Positions 9,849 to 20,340 of a DNA stretch of 64,000 bases are shown here, one piece after another (the stretch's first letter is position 1; each line of letters begins with the position of its first letter). Under the pieces are notes generated by a model that saw only the letters and a list, made by a program, of their open reading frames with translations, was not told the origin of the DNA and did not search any database. The DNA comes from an uncultured bacterium. Its GTDB lineage: Bacteria > Bacillota_I > Bacilli_A > RFN20 > CAG-826. The position numbers and the translations under genes were made by a program. The stretch is from positions 6,819-70,818 of the forward strand of contig CASFSS010000014.1 in assembly GCA_949297445.1 (NCBI GenBank), given 5' to 3'.

Positions 9849-11108
9849 TTATTTCCTCAGCGATTGAACATCTTTTTCGTACTTTTTAAGGGCAGCTAAT
9901 GCCTCTTTGCCACCGGGAATGTTATGACTTTCTAAAAGATAATTCCAAACATCGTTATATGGTAAGTTATTGCTTTCTTCAATGTAGAATAATCTAGAAG
10001 AATAGTCGCGTTCTAATTCCATTTTTTGCATTAATTCGGTCGGTTCTAACAAGGCGTATAAAAGAGCTTTTGCCGTTGCTCGTAAACCGATTGCCCACTC
10101 GAAAACACGGTTTATTGAAGCGTCGAAGAAATCTAGGCCGATTGCCACTTTATCGAGCAAATCCGCTCGTTTTAGTTCTAACATTAAATTATTTAAACTA
10201 TCGTTTTCAATAACAGTATGATCTGAATCCCAGTGCAAACTTCTAGAAACATGGAGCATAACGTTTTTTACAAACGGCTCGATTGCTGTAATTTTATCGG
10301 ATACATCTTCGCCTTCTCGAAAATGACCCGCATCAATTGTTACACCTAAATTATGACTAGCAGCATATCCAATATAAAATTCATGACTACCACAAACGAA
10401 ATATTCTGAACCAATTCCAAAATACTTGCCTTCTAATACATCAACTGCATATTTTTCTTCTTCTTTTGTATATGGAACGCCGTAAATTTCGTCTAGACCG
10501 TCGATTAATCGCTTTCGAAATTCTTTGCGATTGACCGTAATGTCTTTTAAGCCATCAGGAATCCAAAAGTTGTTATAGCAAGGCTGGCCTAATGCCTTAC
10601 CGATTTCTACCGCGCATCTTCGGGTTGATTTTCCAACTTCAATCCAATATTCTCGCACCTTTTTATTTGGAGAGCATATTGAAAGACCATCATCCATCAT
10701 TTTCGAGGAAAAGAAAGTGCCATTTAAATCTAAGCCAATGCCTATTTTTTTCGCCCAAGTAATCCATTTTGAAAAATCTTGACCAGTGAGCTTACTCCTT
10801 TCGGTTTGGAATTCGGCATAGATTGAATGGAGTTGAACTTTATGTTTAAGCGGTGATAAGGAAAAAGCCATCTCAATATCTTTTCTAAGCTCATCGCCGT
10901 TTCTAGCCGCATAAGGATAATTGCCAACAACGGTATTTTCGTTTTTGACTCCTTCGACATTTTCAAAGCCTTTAATGTCGTCACCTGCCCAACATTGTAA
11001 AGAAATGGGAATATTCTTAAATTTAGCGATTGCCAAATCGACATCGACGCCGTAAGATGCATAAATTTTTTTTGCTTCGTTAAAACGATTAATTGTCTCT
11101 TGCTTCAT
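9849..11108 (-). CDS. rhaA: L-rhamnose isomerase
   Basis: SLQCWAGDDIKGFE, GNYPYAARN, LHSIYA, WIPDG, KYFGIGSE, GSHEFY, DAGHF, LHVSR..WDSDH, GLDFFDASINR. Confidence 0.95.
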   Translation of the reverse strand: MKQETINRFNEAKKIYASYGVDVDLAIAKFKNIPISLQCWAGDDIKGFENVEGVKNENTVVGNYPYAARNGDELRKDIEMAFSLSPLKHKVQLHSIYAEFQTERSKLTGQDFSKWITWAKKIGIGLDLNGTFFSSKMMDDGLSICSPNKKVREYWIEVGKSTRRCAVEIGKALGQPCYNNFWIPDGLKDITVNRKEFRKRLIDGLDEIYGVPYTKEEEKYAVDVLEGKYFGIGSEYFVCGSHEFYIGYAASHNLGVTIDAGHFREGEDVSDKITAIEPFVKNVMLHVSRSLHWDSDHTVIENDSLNNLMLELKRADLLDKVAIGLDFFDASINRVFEWAIGLRATAKALLYALLEPTELMQKMELERDYSSRLFYIEESNNLPYNDVWNYLLESHNIPGGKEALAALKKYEKDVQSLRK

Positions 11109-11239
11109 AAGAGCCTCCTATGATTTATACCTTTATATTATTTAATAAATTAATAATACGCAAATCATATTTTTCGCATTATTATTTATTGCAAATTAAT
11201 CAAAATCAATCAATAATTAAAGCAGGTGGAATAAAAAAT

Positions 11240-11998
11240 ATGTTTATCAATGAAAGACAACAAGAAATATTAAATTTAATCAAAACATATAATACGATTA
11301 GCGTTGAAGAAATATGCAAAAAAATATATGCTTCGCCGGCGACAGTAAGACGCGATTTAACAGACTTAGAATTACATGGTTTAATTCGCCGAGTTTGGGG
11401 TGGCGCTTCTATCATGGACGCCTCTTCTGGCGAAATATCATCGTTCATTCGCCAACAAACAAATGTGCAAGAAAAAAAACGAATGGCTCACGCTTGCATC
11501 GAATTTTTAAAAAACGATAGTTCATATTTTTTTGATTCTTCTTCTACCGTTAGCCATATCATCCCACTCTTAAAGAAAATTAGTGGTGGAATCGCCATTA
11601 CTAATGGGTTGTGTTCGGCTAATGCCCTCTCGAATATATCGACAATTAAGTCATTTATGATTGGTGGCGAAATCCAGACTCAAACAGGCGCATCAATCGG
11701 TGGTAATGCCGTCGAACAATTGGCCAATTTTTATTGTGACGTCTGTTTCTTTTCTTGCCACGGCTTTTCCCTTACTGGACCTAATGAAGGCACCATTGAC
11801 CAACAAAAAGCCAAGGCGATGATGATAAGAAACTCTAAGTTAAAGATATGTCTAGTCGATCATACGAAATTTAATAAGCAGTTTTTTATACAAACTTGTA
11901 GCATTTCTGATATCGATGTTTTAATAACTGATAAAATGCCCGAAGATGAATATCTTGATGTTATTAACAAAAACAATGTTCGCTTAATTGTTGTTTAA
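11240..11998 (+). CDS. DeoR/GlpR family transcriptional regulator (probable rhamnose regulator)
   Basis: ERQQEIL, SPATVRRDL..LE, DSSST, ITNGL, LVDHTKF; divergent from rhaA; ATG 11240 preferred over 11120. Confidence 0.9.
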   Translation: MFINERQQEILNLIKTYNTISVEEICKKIYASPATVRRDLTDLELHGLIRRVWGGASIMDASSGEISSFIRQQTNVQEKKRMAHACIEFLKNDSSYFFDSSSTVSHIIPLLKKISGGIAITNGLCSANALSNISTIKSFMIGGEIQTQTGASIGGNAVEQLANFYCDVCFFSCHGFSLTGPNEGTIDQQKAKAMMIRNSKLKICLVDHTKFNKQFFIQTCSISDIDVLITDKMPEDEYLDVINKNNVRLIVV

Positions 11999-12129
11999 GT
12001 ATAAATTGATAAATAAGCAAAAATAATCAATATTAGTCAAACTCGATAATTTAGTTGAGATGAAACTTTTGTTTATTTTATAATGGCATTGAAAGAAACA
12101 ATATGTGAGTTAATTTATAAGGATTTGTT

Positions 12130-13998
12130 ATGGCGAATTTATCTTTAAAACATGTTTATAAGGTCTATCTAGATGGAACCATGGCTGTCAGCAATTTTGA
12201 CCTAGAAATCGAAGAAGGCGAATTTGTGATATTAGTTGGCCCATCAGGTTGTGGAAAATCGACGACTTTAAGAATGATTGCCGGCTTAGAAGATATTACT
12301 GCCGGCGATTTATATGTTGCTGGTAAATACGCGAACTTAATGGAGCCAAAAGATAGAAACATGGCGATGGTTTTTCAAAACTACGCTTTATATCCTCATA
12401 TGAATGTTTATGAGAATATGGCTTTTGGCCTACGTATCAAGCATCTTGATAAGACCAGCATCGACAACCGCGTTAAAAACGCTGCCGAAATACTTGGATT
12501 AACTTCGCAATTAGAGAAAAAACCGAAAGATATGTCCGGCGGGCAACGACAAAGAGTCGCTTTAGGAAGAGCCATTGTGCGTAATCCGTCCGTTTTCTTG
12601 CTCGATGAGCCGCTTTCAAATTTAGATGCGAAGTTGCGTGCATCGATGCGTACCGAAATAAAAAGATTGCATAACACGTTAAAAACAACCTTCATCTACG
12701 TGACTCATGACCAAATTGAAGCGATGACAATGGGTACAAAAATTGTGGTCATGAATAAAGGTGTGATTCAACAGGTCGATTCTCCAATGAATCTATATGA
12801 TTATCCGTGCAACATGTTCGTAGCAGGTTTTATTGGCACGCCACAAATGAACTTTTTCGATGCAACAATTTTTGTTGATGAGACAACTTTGAAATTGCGT
12901 TTAGGCGACAATTTGTTATCATGTCCGCTTGCTTTATTTAGAAAATTAGACTTGCTAGAGGTTTTCCAAAATCCAAATGTTAAATTAGGAATTCGCCCCG
13001 AGCACATGAGGTTGGCTGATGAAAGCGTTCCTAATGATCAATGTTTGCTCGTCAATGTTAATTTGGTGGAGGCTTTAGGAAACGAAACGGTGGTTGAAGG
13101 AACCATCAAAGGTAGCGAGCATCAAATTTCGATTAAAATAAATCGCAATGATTTGATTAAAGAAGGCAGCGAAATAAAAATATCGATTGATTTTTCAAAG
13201 ATTCATATCTTTTCAAAAGAAACGACGAACTCTATTTGTCCGCGCATTCCAACGCATAATTATTTGAAATTTAGTAATAATTTATTTGGCAAGAAATTTA
13301 TTTTTCCAAAGAAATTATTCGATGCGCTTTCCGAATATAAAGATTTATATATTGAATTTCCTATTGACGCCGTGATAAAGGGTGACGATTATTGCGCTAG
13401 TGTTTTATCGTGCGAATTAACCAACCAAGGTTTTTATTTACTAGAATTGCAATTAAAAGGTGGCCAAATTTTATTTGCCGTTAGTGAAGAAAACATAAGT
13501 GCTGGCGATTATCATTTTTCAATCAAACAAGAGAATATATCATTTTATAATCATGTAGATAAAGTTCTATCATCAATACCTCGATTTAACCATGTAAGAG
13601 GAAAATTGGTTCCTAACAAGCGACCGGTATTAACTGGCAAAAAAATGAAAAAAAGAAAAGTCTTTGACTATTCAATTTTAGGCGTTTGCATTCGGCCAAA
13701 TGATGAAAGTGTGAATAAAATTTATGCTTTGCTAGGCAAAAAATTTCATTTGCACGATATTGATTTTTCCTTTTCGCCAGACGACGTATCTATAGCTGAA
13801 GAAGGAATAAAGGCAACCTTGCAAAATATTATCAAGTATAGTGACAATTCTATTTTTGGAGTGTTCAAACATGATGATGTAGACATTGTTGTTAAATTAG
13901 AATCTGATTCTTTAAATATAGGCCAAGAAACACATTTGGCTATCAACGCTGAGAAGATTAAAGTAAGAGATGTAAATTTTGATGTAATCATCATTTAA
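12130..13998 (+). CDS. Sugar ABC transporter ATP-binding protein (MalK/MsmX-like) with long C-terminal extension
   Basis: GPSGCGKSTTLRMIAGLE, MVFQNYALYPH, MSGGQRQRVALGRA, LLDEPLSNLDAKLR; 622 aa. Confidence 0.95.
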   Translation: MANLSLKHVYKVYLDGTMAVSNFDLEIEEGEFVILVGPSGCGKSTTLRMIAGLEDITAGDLYVAGKYANLMEPKDRNMAMVFQNYALYPHMNVYENMAFGLRIKHLDKTSIDNRVKNAAEILGLTSQLEKKPKDMSGGQRQRVALGRAIVRNPSVFLLDEPLSNLDAKLRASMRTEIKRLHNTLKTTFIYVTHDQIEAMTMGTKIVVMNKGVIQQVDSPMNLYDYPCNMFVAGFIGTPQMNFFDATIFVDETTLKLRLGDNLLSCPLALFRKLDLLEVFQNPNVKLGIRPEHMRLADESVPNDQCLLVNVNLVEALGNETVVEGTIKGSEHQISIKINRNDLIKEGSEIKISIDFSKIHIFSKETTNSICPRIPTHNYLKFSNNLFGKKFIFPKKLFDALSEYKDLYIEFPIDAVIKGDDYCASVLSCELTNQGFYLLELQLKGGQILFAVSEENISAGDYHFSIKQENISFYNHVDKVLSSIPRFNHVRGKLVPNKRPVLTGKKMKKRKVFDYSILGVCIRPNDESVNKIYALLGKKFHLHDIDFSFSPDDVSIAEEGIKATLQNIIKYSDNSIFGVFKHDDVDIVVKLESDSLNIGQETHLAINAEKIKVRDVNFDVIII

Positions 13999-14007
13999 AA
14001 TTGCGCT

Positions 14008-14985
14008 ATGTTGAAACTAAAATACGACAAATTAATTGACACCGATATTGGAACAAGGGTAGGTGGAACCAAAAAGAAGATTTGGAATAAGACCGCCGTC
14101 CAACTTCTTTTAATGGTTATTCCTGGCTTAATTTTTGTGGCAATATTTTGCTATTTGCCGATGTTTGGTATCATTTTGGCTTTTAAAGATGGTGACGGTC
14201 AATTAAACGTTTTAGAAGCCATGATGAATACAGAATGGGTTGGTTTTGATAATTTTATTGCTTTTTTTAATGATCCGGATTTCGGTAATGTCATGATTAA
14301 CACATTAGGGTTAAATTCCTTGATGTTATTAATTAATTTCCCGGCTCCAATCATTTTTGCTATTTTGTTGAGCGAATTGCCGTTTAAAAGAATTCGAAAA
14401 GCCATTCAAACCGTCACATATTTTCCTTATTTTTTATCGTGGATTACTTATGGTGGTATTGTCTTAGCTTTAATAAATTCTGACGGAATAATTAATTCTA
14501 TTTTAATGTCTTGCAATATTATACAAAGCCCATTAGATATTGCCGGTTCCCCGGAATGGTTTTGGCCATTAATTATAATTACTTCTTTATTAAAAGGCTT
14601 AGGCTGGGGATCGATTATTTATATTGCTGCAATCGCTGGTATCGATCCTCAATTATACGAAGCAGCGAGGATGGATGGCGCCAATCGATGGTATCGCATA
14701 ACAAAGATAACGATTCCGATGATTTCGCCGACGATTGTTTTGTTTTTGATTTTATCTATCTCGGGAATTTTAAATAACGGATTTGACCAAATTTGGGTTT
14801 TTAGAAATCTAACTAATTTAGCGCGCAGTGAAGTGCTAGATACATTCATTTATCAATATGGCGTTGTCTTACAAAATTATTCTTTTACAACGGCCGTTGG
14901 CTTATTTAAATCGGTCATTTCAATTACATTGCTTACTATTGGCAATTTAATTGCCAAACGAATAACTGGGAAGGGGATTATTTAA
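14008..14985 (+). CDS. Carbohydrate ABC transporter permease (LplB-like)
   Basis: YLPMFGIILAFK, WVGFDNF, PYFLSW, EAA motif LYEAARMDGANRW. Confidence 0.95.
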   Translation: MLKLKYDKLIDTDIGTRVGGTKKKIWNKTAVQLLLMVIPGLIFVAIFCYLPMFGIILAFKDGDGQLNVLEAMMNTEWVGFDNFIAFFNDPDFGNVMINTLGLNSLMLLINFPAPIIFAILLSELPFKRIRKAIQTVTYFPYFLSWITYGGIVLALINSDGIINSILMSCNIIQSPLDIAGSPEWFWPLIIITSLLKGLGWGSIIYIAAIAGIDPQLYEAARMDGANRWYRITKITIPMISPTIVLFLILSISGILNNGFDQIWVFRNLTNLARSEVLDTFIYQYGVVLQNYSFTTAVGLFKSVISITLLTIGNLIAKRITGKGII

Positions 14986-14986
14986 T

Positions 14987-15910
14987 ATGGTCTTAAAAAG
15001 AGCGTATAAGAAAAATCAACTTCTTGTCGGCACGACTGGAAAAAAACAAAAGAAGACCGTTTTTGACTGGATTAATGTTGTTGTGTTAGTGGCTTTTGCT
15101 ATTATTTGTGCCTACCCGCTTGTCTATGTTTTGGCCGGTTCATTTAATCAAGGTAAAGATTATATAAATGGTGGAATTTTCCTTTGGCCAAGAGTTTTTT
15201 CAACTGAAAATTATTGGGTTGTTATCAATGATGTACGGCTATGGAAAAGTTATGGTATCACTATTGCAAGAACCATTGTCGGCACTTTGACTGGCGTTTT
15301 ATTTACCGCGATGATTGCCTACGCTATGTCGCGTCCTAATTTAATTGGCAAGAAAATTTATTATTATGTCTTTATAATTACAATGTTTTTTTCAGGCGGT
15401 CTAATTCCCTTCTTTTGGGTCATTTTAGAAATTGGATTATTTGATACATTTTGGGTATATATAATTCCGGCGCTTTTTAGCGTCTATAACATGTTGGTTT
15501 TTGTTAATTTTTTCAAAACAATTCCCGAAGAAATTCACGAATCGGCAATCATGGATGGAGCGAGCGAATTTAAAATCTTTTTCCGAATTATTTTGCCATT
15601 ATCTACACCGGTTATCGCAACCATTGGCCTATGGATAGCCGTTGGCCATTGGAATTCATTTTTTGACACGATGATTTATACCTCCAATAACAATCTATGG
15701 ACGCTTCAATATTATTTGATGAAAGTAATCAAAGAATCATCGTTACCGCCAACAGGTTCATCGTTACCGGCAGATTTTTTAGAAAATATCGCTCCTGAAA
15801 CCGTCTCATTAGCGGCGATTATTGTTTCGGTCGTTCCTATTTTTGCTTTTTATCCATTGATATTTAAATCATTAACAAGCGGAGTAATTATTGGATCTTT
15901 GAAAGGTTAG
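14987..15910 (+). CDS. Carbohydrate ABC transporter permease (LplC-like)
   Basis: TMFFSGGLIP, IPEEIHESAIMDGASEF, AVGHWNSFFD, IGSLKG. Confidence 0.95.
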   Translation: MVLKRAYKKNQLLVGTTGKKQKKTVFDWINVVVLVAFAIICAYPLVYVLAGSFNQGKDYINGGIFLWPRVFSTENYWVVINDVRLWKSYGITIARTIVGTLTGVLFTAMIAYAMSRPNLIGKKIYYYVFIITMFFSGGLIPFFWVILEIGLFDTFWVYIIPALFSVYNMLVFVNFFKTIPEEIHESAIMDGASEFKIFFRIILPLSTPVIATIGLWIAVGHWNSFFDTMIYTSNNNLWTLQYYLMKVIKESSLPPTGSSLPADFLENIAPETVSLAAIIVSVVPIFAFYPLIFKSLTSGVIIGSLKG

Positions 15911-15919
15911 GAAAGGAAA

Positions 15920-17671
15920 ATGAATATGAAAAAAATTATCTTATCACTTCTTACTTGTAGTTTGCTTTTGACTCTCCCCAGTTGTGCGGATCAAAAGAAA
16001 GAAGTTATCTATCCGGATTTTGAATTGACACCTAGTGAAAAAAATTCTTGGGAGTATCTTTTAGATGAAAATGGTAAGCCAAAAGAAGAAATCACAATTG
16101 AATGGTATGTCAATGACTCGACTTTTTCTTGGCCCGGTTATGGTAATGATGTCGTGAGTAAAGTAATCAAAGAGAAAACTGGCATAACGATTAAATTTGT
16201 TACTCCGGTCACTGACGACGGGCAAAAACTTGCCACTTTAATTTCTGGAGATGCGCTTCCAGATGTCGTTTCGGTCCAATCGTGGTATCAACAATGCAGT
16301 CAATTAGCTATGCAAAATTATTTATTTGCAGTCGATGAATTGATGGACCGTTGGGCACCTAAAATGGAAGCCACTATGGAAGAAGATCTATGGAAATATT
16401 TTCAATTAGGAGATGGGCACAATTATGGTTTTCCCAATCTATGTTTTTCTAATAATTATTTGACCGGTGAGCAATTATATCCAAATGGCGGCATTTTGGT
16501 TAGAGAAGATTGGTATAATGAAGTACTTTCAGCAACAGGCAACGATATGACGACGCCGCAAGGCTTCATTGATGGATGCCTATATATTAAAAATAAATAT
16601 AGCGATTCAATCCCGTTTCAATTGGATGCCTTTACAAACGAAGGGAACAAATCAATTACTTGGCTTGCGCAATATTTTGCTACACCATTTGAAACCGAAG
16701 AAGGCGAATATCAAGATTTACGAACCGATGATCATTACATTCAAATGTTGCGCTTTTTAAACGAATGCAATAAGGCCGGCATTATTCGTAGCAGCAATTT
16801 TTCGGACACATATTCTCAGTTAAAAACAAATATTTCTCGCGGTAAAGTTTTTGTTAGCGCTGGTACCCCGCAAGATTATCAAGTCGCTTTTCAAAATTGT
16901 TATAATTCAGGCATTAATTATATTCCATTAGTTTTAAGAAATTACGACGGAGATGCGCCGGTTTTGCAAGATATTTCAGGACAAGGATATTTGTTCTCGA
17001 TGATTTCTACAAACTGCAAAAGACCAGATATCGTAATCAAATTGTTCGATTATTTGCATAGTGAAGAAGGACAACGGCTTGTTTCTTTCGGCATCGAAGG
17101 GGAAACGTGGGAATGGACGGATGAAACTAAGACTGAAATCAAGTGGACAGATAGATATATTTCCGGAGCGCTTAATTTAAACGAAGAAGATGCCGCTTGG
17201 CTACAAGAATATGGCTTAAACGCTATGACATTGATGATGAATATGTCTTATATCTTCAAATATCGTCCAAATGAAGGAAGAAAAGAGGAAGTTGTTTATA
17301 TTGATAATCAAAAAAGACCTCTTACTCCTTATTCATATGATTTTAGACCATCATTTTTGAAACACGACACGGCCGACGACAACTATTTTTCAATTTCTAC
17401 CAAAGCTAAAAAAATAGATATTAAATGGGCACAAGCCTTAATTAATATTATTCAAGCCGACAATTATTTAAGTGAGTATCAATCATCGATTGATTACGCG
17501 AATCGTCAAGGTCTTGATGAAGTTGTCGAATTTTATAAAAAGTCTTACAAAGATACTTTGGCTGTTCTAGGACTGGAACGTGGATATCCTACTCATCAAG
17601 AAGGATATGTTGAGCCAGTTACTGGCCCAAATGGTGATTTTTCTTATTGGATAGGAGCAACCCATGAATAA
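15920..17671 (+). CDS. ABC transporter extracellular solute-binding lipoprotein
   Basis: Signal MKKIILSLLTCSLLLTLPSC, IKEKTGITI, LISGDALPD, SEEGQRLVSFGIEG. Confidence 0.9.
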   Translation: MNMKKIILSLLTCSLLLTLPSCADQKKEVIYPDFELTPSEKNSWEYLLDENGKPKEEITIEWYVNDSTFSWPGYGNDVVSKVIKEKTGITIKFVTPVTDDGQKLATLISGDALPDVVSVQSWYQQCSQLAMQNYLFAVDELMDRWAPKMEATMEEDLWKYFQLGDGHNYGFPNLCFSNNYLTGEQLYPNGGILVREDWYNEVLSATGNDMTTPQGFIDGCLYIKNKYSDSIPFQLDAFTNEGNKSITWLAQYFATPFETEEGEYQDLRTDDHYIQMLRFLNECNKAGIIRSSNFSDTYSQLKTNISRGKVFVSAGTPQDYQVAFQNCYNSGINYIPLVLRNYDGDAPVLQDISGQGYLFSMISTNCKRPDIVIKLFDYLHSEEGQRLVSFGIEGETWEWTDETKTEIKWTDRYISGALNLNEEDAAWLQEYGLNAMTLMMNMSYIFKYRPNEGRKEEVVYIDNQKRPLTPYSYDFRPSFLKHDTADDNYFSISTKAKKIDIKWAQALINIIQADNYLSEYQSSIDYANRQGLDEVVEFYKKSYKDTLAVLGLERGYPTHQEGYVEPVTGPNGDFSYWIGATHE

Positions 17672-18581
17672 AATTAAGCCAAAAATTATTTTGGATACTG
17701 ATATTGGCGATGATATTGATGATGCTTTCGCTTTGCTATTTTTGGTTGAGAGCAAAGCGTTTGATGTCTTGGGCGTTACAACCGTTTTTCGTAATACTAG
17801 ACAAAGAGCGCACATGGCCAAATATTTGCTCGATGTATTAAATAGTGATATCAAAGTTTACGCTGGTTGTGATTATCCGTTAATTTCTAATCCTGATAAG
17901 TTGAACGTTGAAGCGATTCAAAAGAAAGAGAAAAAAGATCGCTATGGAATGTATCAACTTCCTCAATGGAGCGAAGAAATGGAAAGCGCTCAATATGAAA
18001 AACAACATGCGGTGGATTTTATTATCGAACAAATACACAAATACCCTCATGAAGTTATCTTGTGTGGCGTTGGCCCTTTAACTAATTTTGCAATGGCGTT
18101 AAGAAAAGATCCTACCATCGTTCCCTTAATCAAAGAATTTCGTTTGATGAGCGGTGGACAGAATTTAAATTTTGCTGAATGGAATGTGTTTTGCGATCCC
18201 GAAGCTAGCTATATCGTATATAACTCAAATGTTAAGACTGTCTGCATCGGCATTGACACTACATGCAAATTAGGTTTGTCAAAAGAAGACATCGATAAAC
18301 TAATTCATTCGCAATCAAAGGCCATCAAAATTACTTATGACATGATGATGAAGTGGTTCGCGCATTATGCGTTTGAAGCACCTGTTATGCATGATCCGCT
18401 CGCAGTCGTATCTATTATTAAACCAAACTTATGCCAGTATGAAGAAAAACCATTGACTGTTGACTTATCAAATAGGAGAGGCTTCATAGTCCAAGACGAT
18501 AAAAAAGCTCATAAACTAACTATATCAACCGATGTTAATGTGCGCGAATTCATAAATATATTTATGAGTGTTATTTTATAA
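17664..18581 (+). CDS. Nucleoside hydrolase (IU-NH family)
   Basis: DTDIGDDIDDAFAL, GPLTN, AEWNVFCDPEA, MHDPLA. Confidence 0.92.
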   Translation: MNKIKPKIILDTDIGDDIDDAFALLFLVESKAFDVLGVTTVFRNTRQRAHMAKYLLDVLNSDIKVYAGCDYPLISNPDKLNVEAIQKKEKKDRYGMYQLPQWSEEMESAQYEKQHAVDFIIEQIHKYPHEVILCGVGPLTNFAMALRKDPTIVPLIKEFRLMSGGQNLNFAEWNVFCDPEASYIVYNSNVKTVCIGIDTTCKLGLSKEDIDKLIHSQSKAIKITYDMMMKWFAHYAFEAPVMHDPLAVVSIIKPNLCQYEEKPLTVDLSNRRGFIVQDDKKAHKLTISTDVNVREFINIFMSVIL

Positions 18582-18673
18582 ATTATTTTTTGCATCTTAA
18601 GATGTTTATTAATTGCCTAAGAAAGGGGGAATTAGTCAGTCAAATTAAAGGCTTAGCTGATTAATAAGACATT

Positions 18674-20320
18674 ATGAAAATCAACAAAATTAGTGTTGCA
18701 CTTCTTATGAGCGCCCTTGCACTTGTGGCCGGTACAGCCGCATTGACGCCAAGTGGCCAAGTTGAAGTTATGGCCGATACGCAAGAAGTGCCTTATGACA
18801 TCCGTGGAGGTGGTAGAATTACCTACACAGCAAGCGACGCTGGCGATTCGCAATGGACTTATTTAAATGTTGTTTGCATGGAACAAACAACCCAAGGTAA
18901 CGGCATTTCTTTCCGTGCTCGTAATCATACAGGCATAACGACGCCATTATCGATTCAACTTGCCGATGGGAAAGGCGGAATGTATATGCCTAACGCCGAT
19001 GGCTTAAAGTATTACACATATGATATTTTCGGTAATAATGAAGTCGAAAAAACATATTTGTATTCGACAAATATTGAATTGGATCCATATTTCGATGGAA
19101 TTATTTATTTGCCATTTGCCAATTATACTAACGAAGTCACTACACCTTCTTTAACTGGAGCGCCCGATTTTACAAAATTGTGGAAAATTAGTTTTGGCTT
19201 GCAGCCATTATTTAATGGACTTGCTGATTATACCATCGGTGATGTTTTTAATGCCGGTGGAATGAATTTGGACACTTCCGTTTTAAACGATGAAATTTTC
19301 TCGACATTTTTTATCGGAGAAAATTATACAACAGGTGACATCCATATCAATCAAGGCATAATGAAAGATTTTGATCCGACGGGGAAGGATTATTTGGGTG
19401 GCATAAATATTAGAACTTATACATCTGACACTAATAAAGGTCCAGTCGCTGACATCGTTGCGTCGGAACAGGGAATTTTTGGTTCGGGCTTTTGGATGCG
19501 AGTAAAAAATTACGGCAATGAAGTGTCACCGATGTTACAAGTCATGGGGTGCGAAGGAGACAATATGCTTCCAAGCGATGGAAAACCATTTTTGTACTAC
19601 GATAAAGAGGGCAATTATACCGCAACAATTGCTGCCAATCCATACAATGGATTTGTCATACCGGCCAATTTTGATGGTTTTATTTATGTGCCACTTTCAT
19701 CTTTATATAATGGAAATCCTGGAACACCAGTTAGAATGGACTGGCTATATGGAATTTTTGTTAATGTTGACGCGTTGGCTTTTCCAAACGCTAATCTAAT
19801 TTTCGGCGATGTATTCAATCATAACAATATGCTGACGGATGGATCTACTACAACTCATGCTTCTTTTGCTGCGCAGCGTCATGTATCTAACGAGACGGGC
19901 AAAATATATCACTATCCTGGCTTTAGTGGCGAACTTGCGACGGCGTGGGCTGAAATGTTTTTAGAAGCCACTTACCCGTGCGATACGGCGGCAAGCCAAG
20001 TTTGGGAAGATATGAAAGCTGAATATGATGTTTTAAGTCAGGACGATAAAAATCTTCTTATCGAAGCTGTTTATTTAGGAAAGGCTGAAGAAGATAAAAA
20101 CCTTGTCGAACAAGCAATGGAACGTTTTGATTTAGCTGTTTTAAGACAAGGTCTTGAGAATTTTACTTCCCGAACGATTCAGTCTTCTAATTCGACAATT
20201 ATTGATAATCCAGTCAACGATGGCGTTGTCGTCATAGTTTGTTTAGTTATAACGCTATCTTTAGCAATCGCGGGGTTCGCGTTCTTTATTGGCAAAAAAA
20301 GAAAAAAATTAAACGATTAA
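18674..20320 (+). CDS. Secreted membrane-anchored protein: two CBM-like repeats + C-terminal anchor module
   Basis: Signal peptide, two ~190 aa repeats (FRxxN; YD..G; FDGxIYxP; GDVF), helical Cys-containing module, TM helix, KKRKK tail. Confidence 0.8.
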   Translation: MKINKISVALLMSALALVAGTAALTPSGQVEVMADTQEVPYDIRGGGRITYTASDAGDSQWTYLNVVCMEQTTQGNGISFRARNHTGITTPLSIQLADGKGGMYMPNADGLKYYTYDIFGNNEVEKTYLYSTNIELDPYFDGIIYLPFANYTNEVTTPSLTGAPDFTKLWKISFGLQPLFNGLADYTIGDVFNAGGMNLDTSVLNDEIFSTFFIGENYTTGDIHINQGIMKDFDPTGKDYLGGINIRTYTSDTNKGPVADIVASEQGIFGSGFWMRVKNYGNEVSPMLQVMGCEGDNMLPSDGKPFLYYDKEGNYTATIAANPYNGFVIPANFDGFIYVPLSSLYNGNPGTPVRMDWLYGIFVNVDALAFPNANLIFGDVFNHNNMLTDGSTTTHASFAAQRHVSNETGKIYHYPGFSGELATAWAEMFLEATYPCDTAASQVWEDMKAEYDVLSQDDKNLLIEAVYLGKAEEDKNLVEQAMERFDLAVLRQGLENFTSRTIQSSNSTIIDNPVNDGVVVIVCLVITLSLAIAGFAFFIGKKRKKLND

Positions 20321-20340
20321 AATAATCGTTGGAGGTAAAT

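Noticed and set aside
11185-12035. AATCAA/TTGAT boxes as DeoR operators
   Set aside because: Too AT-rich and short to separate from background by eye.
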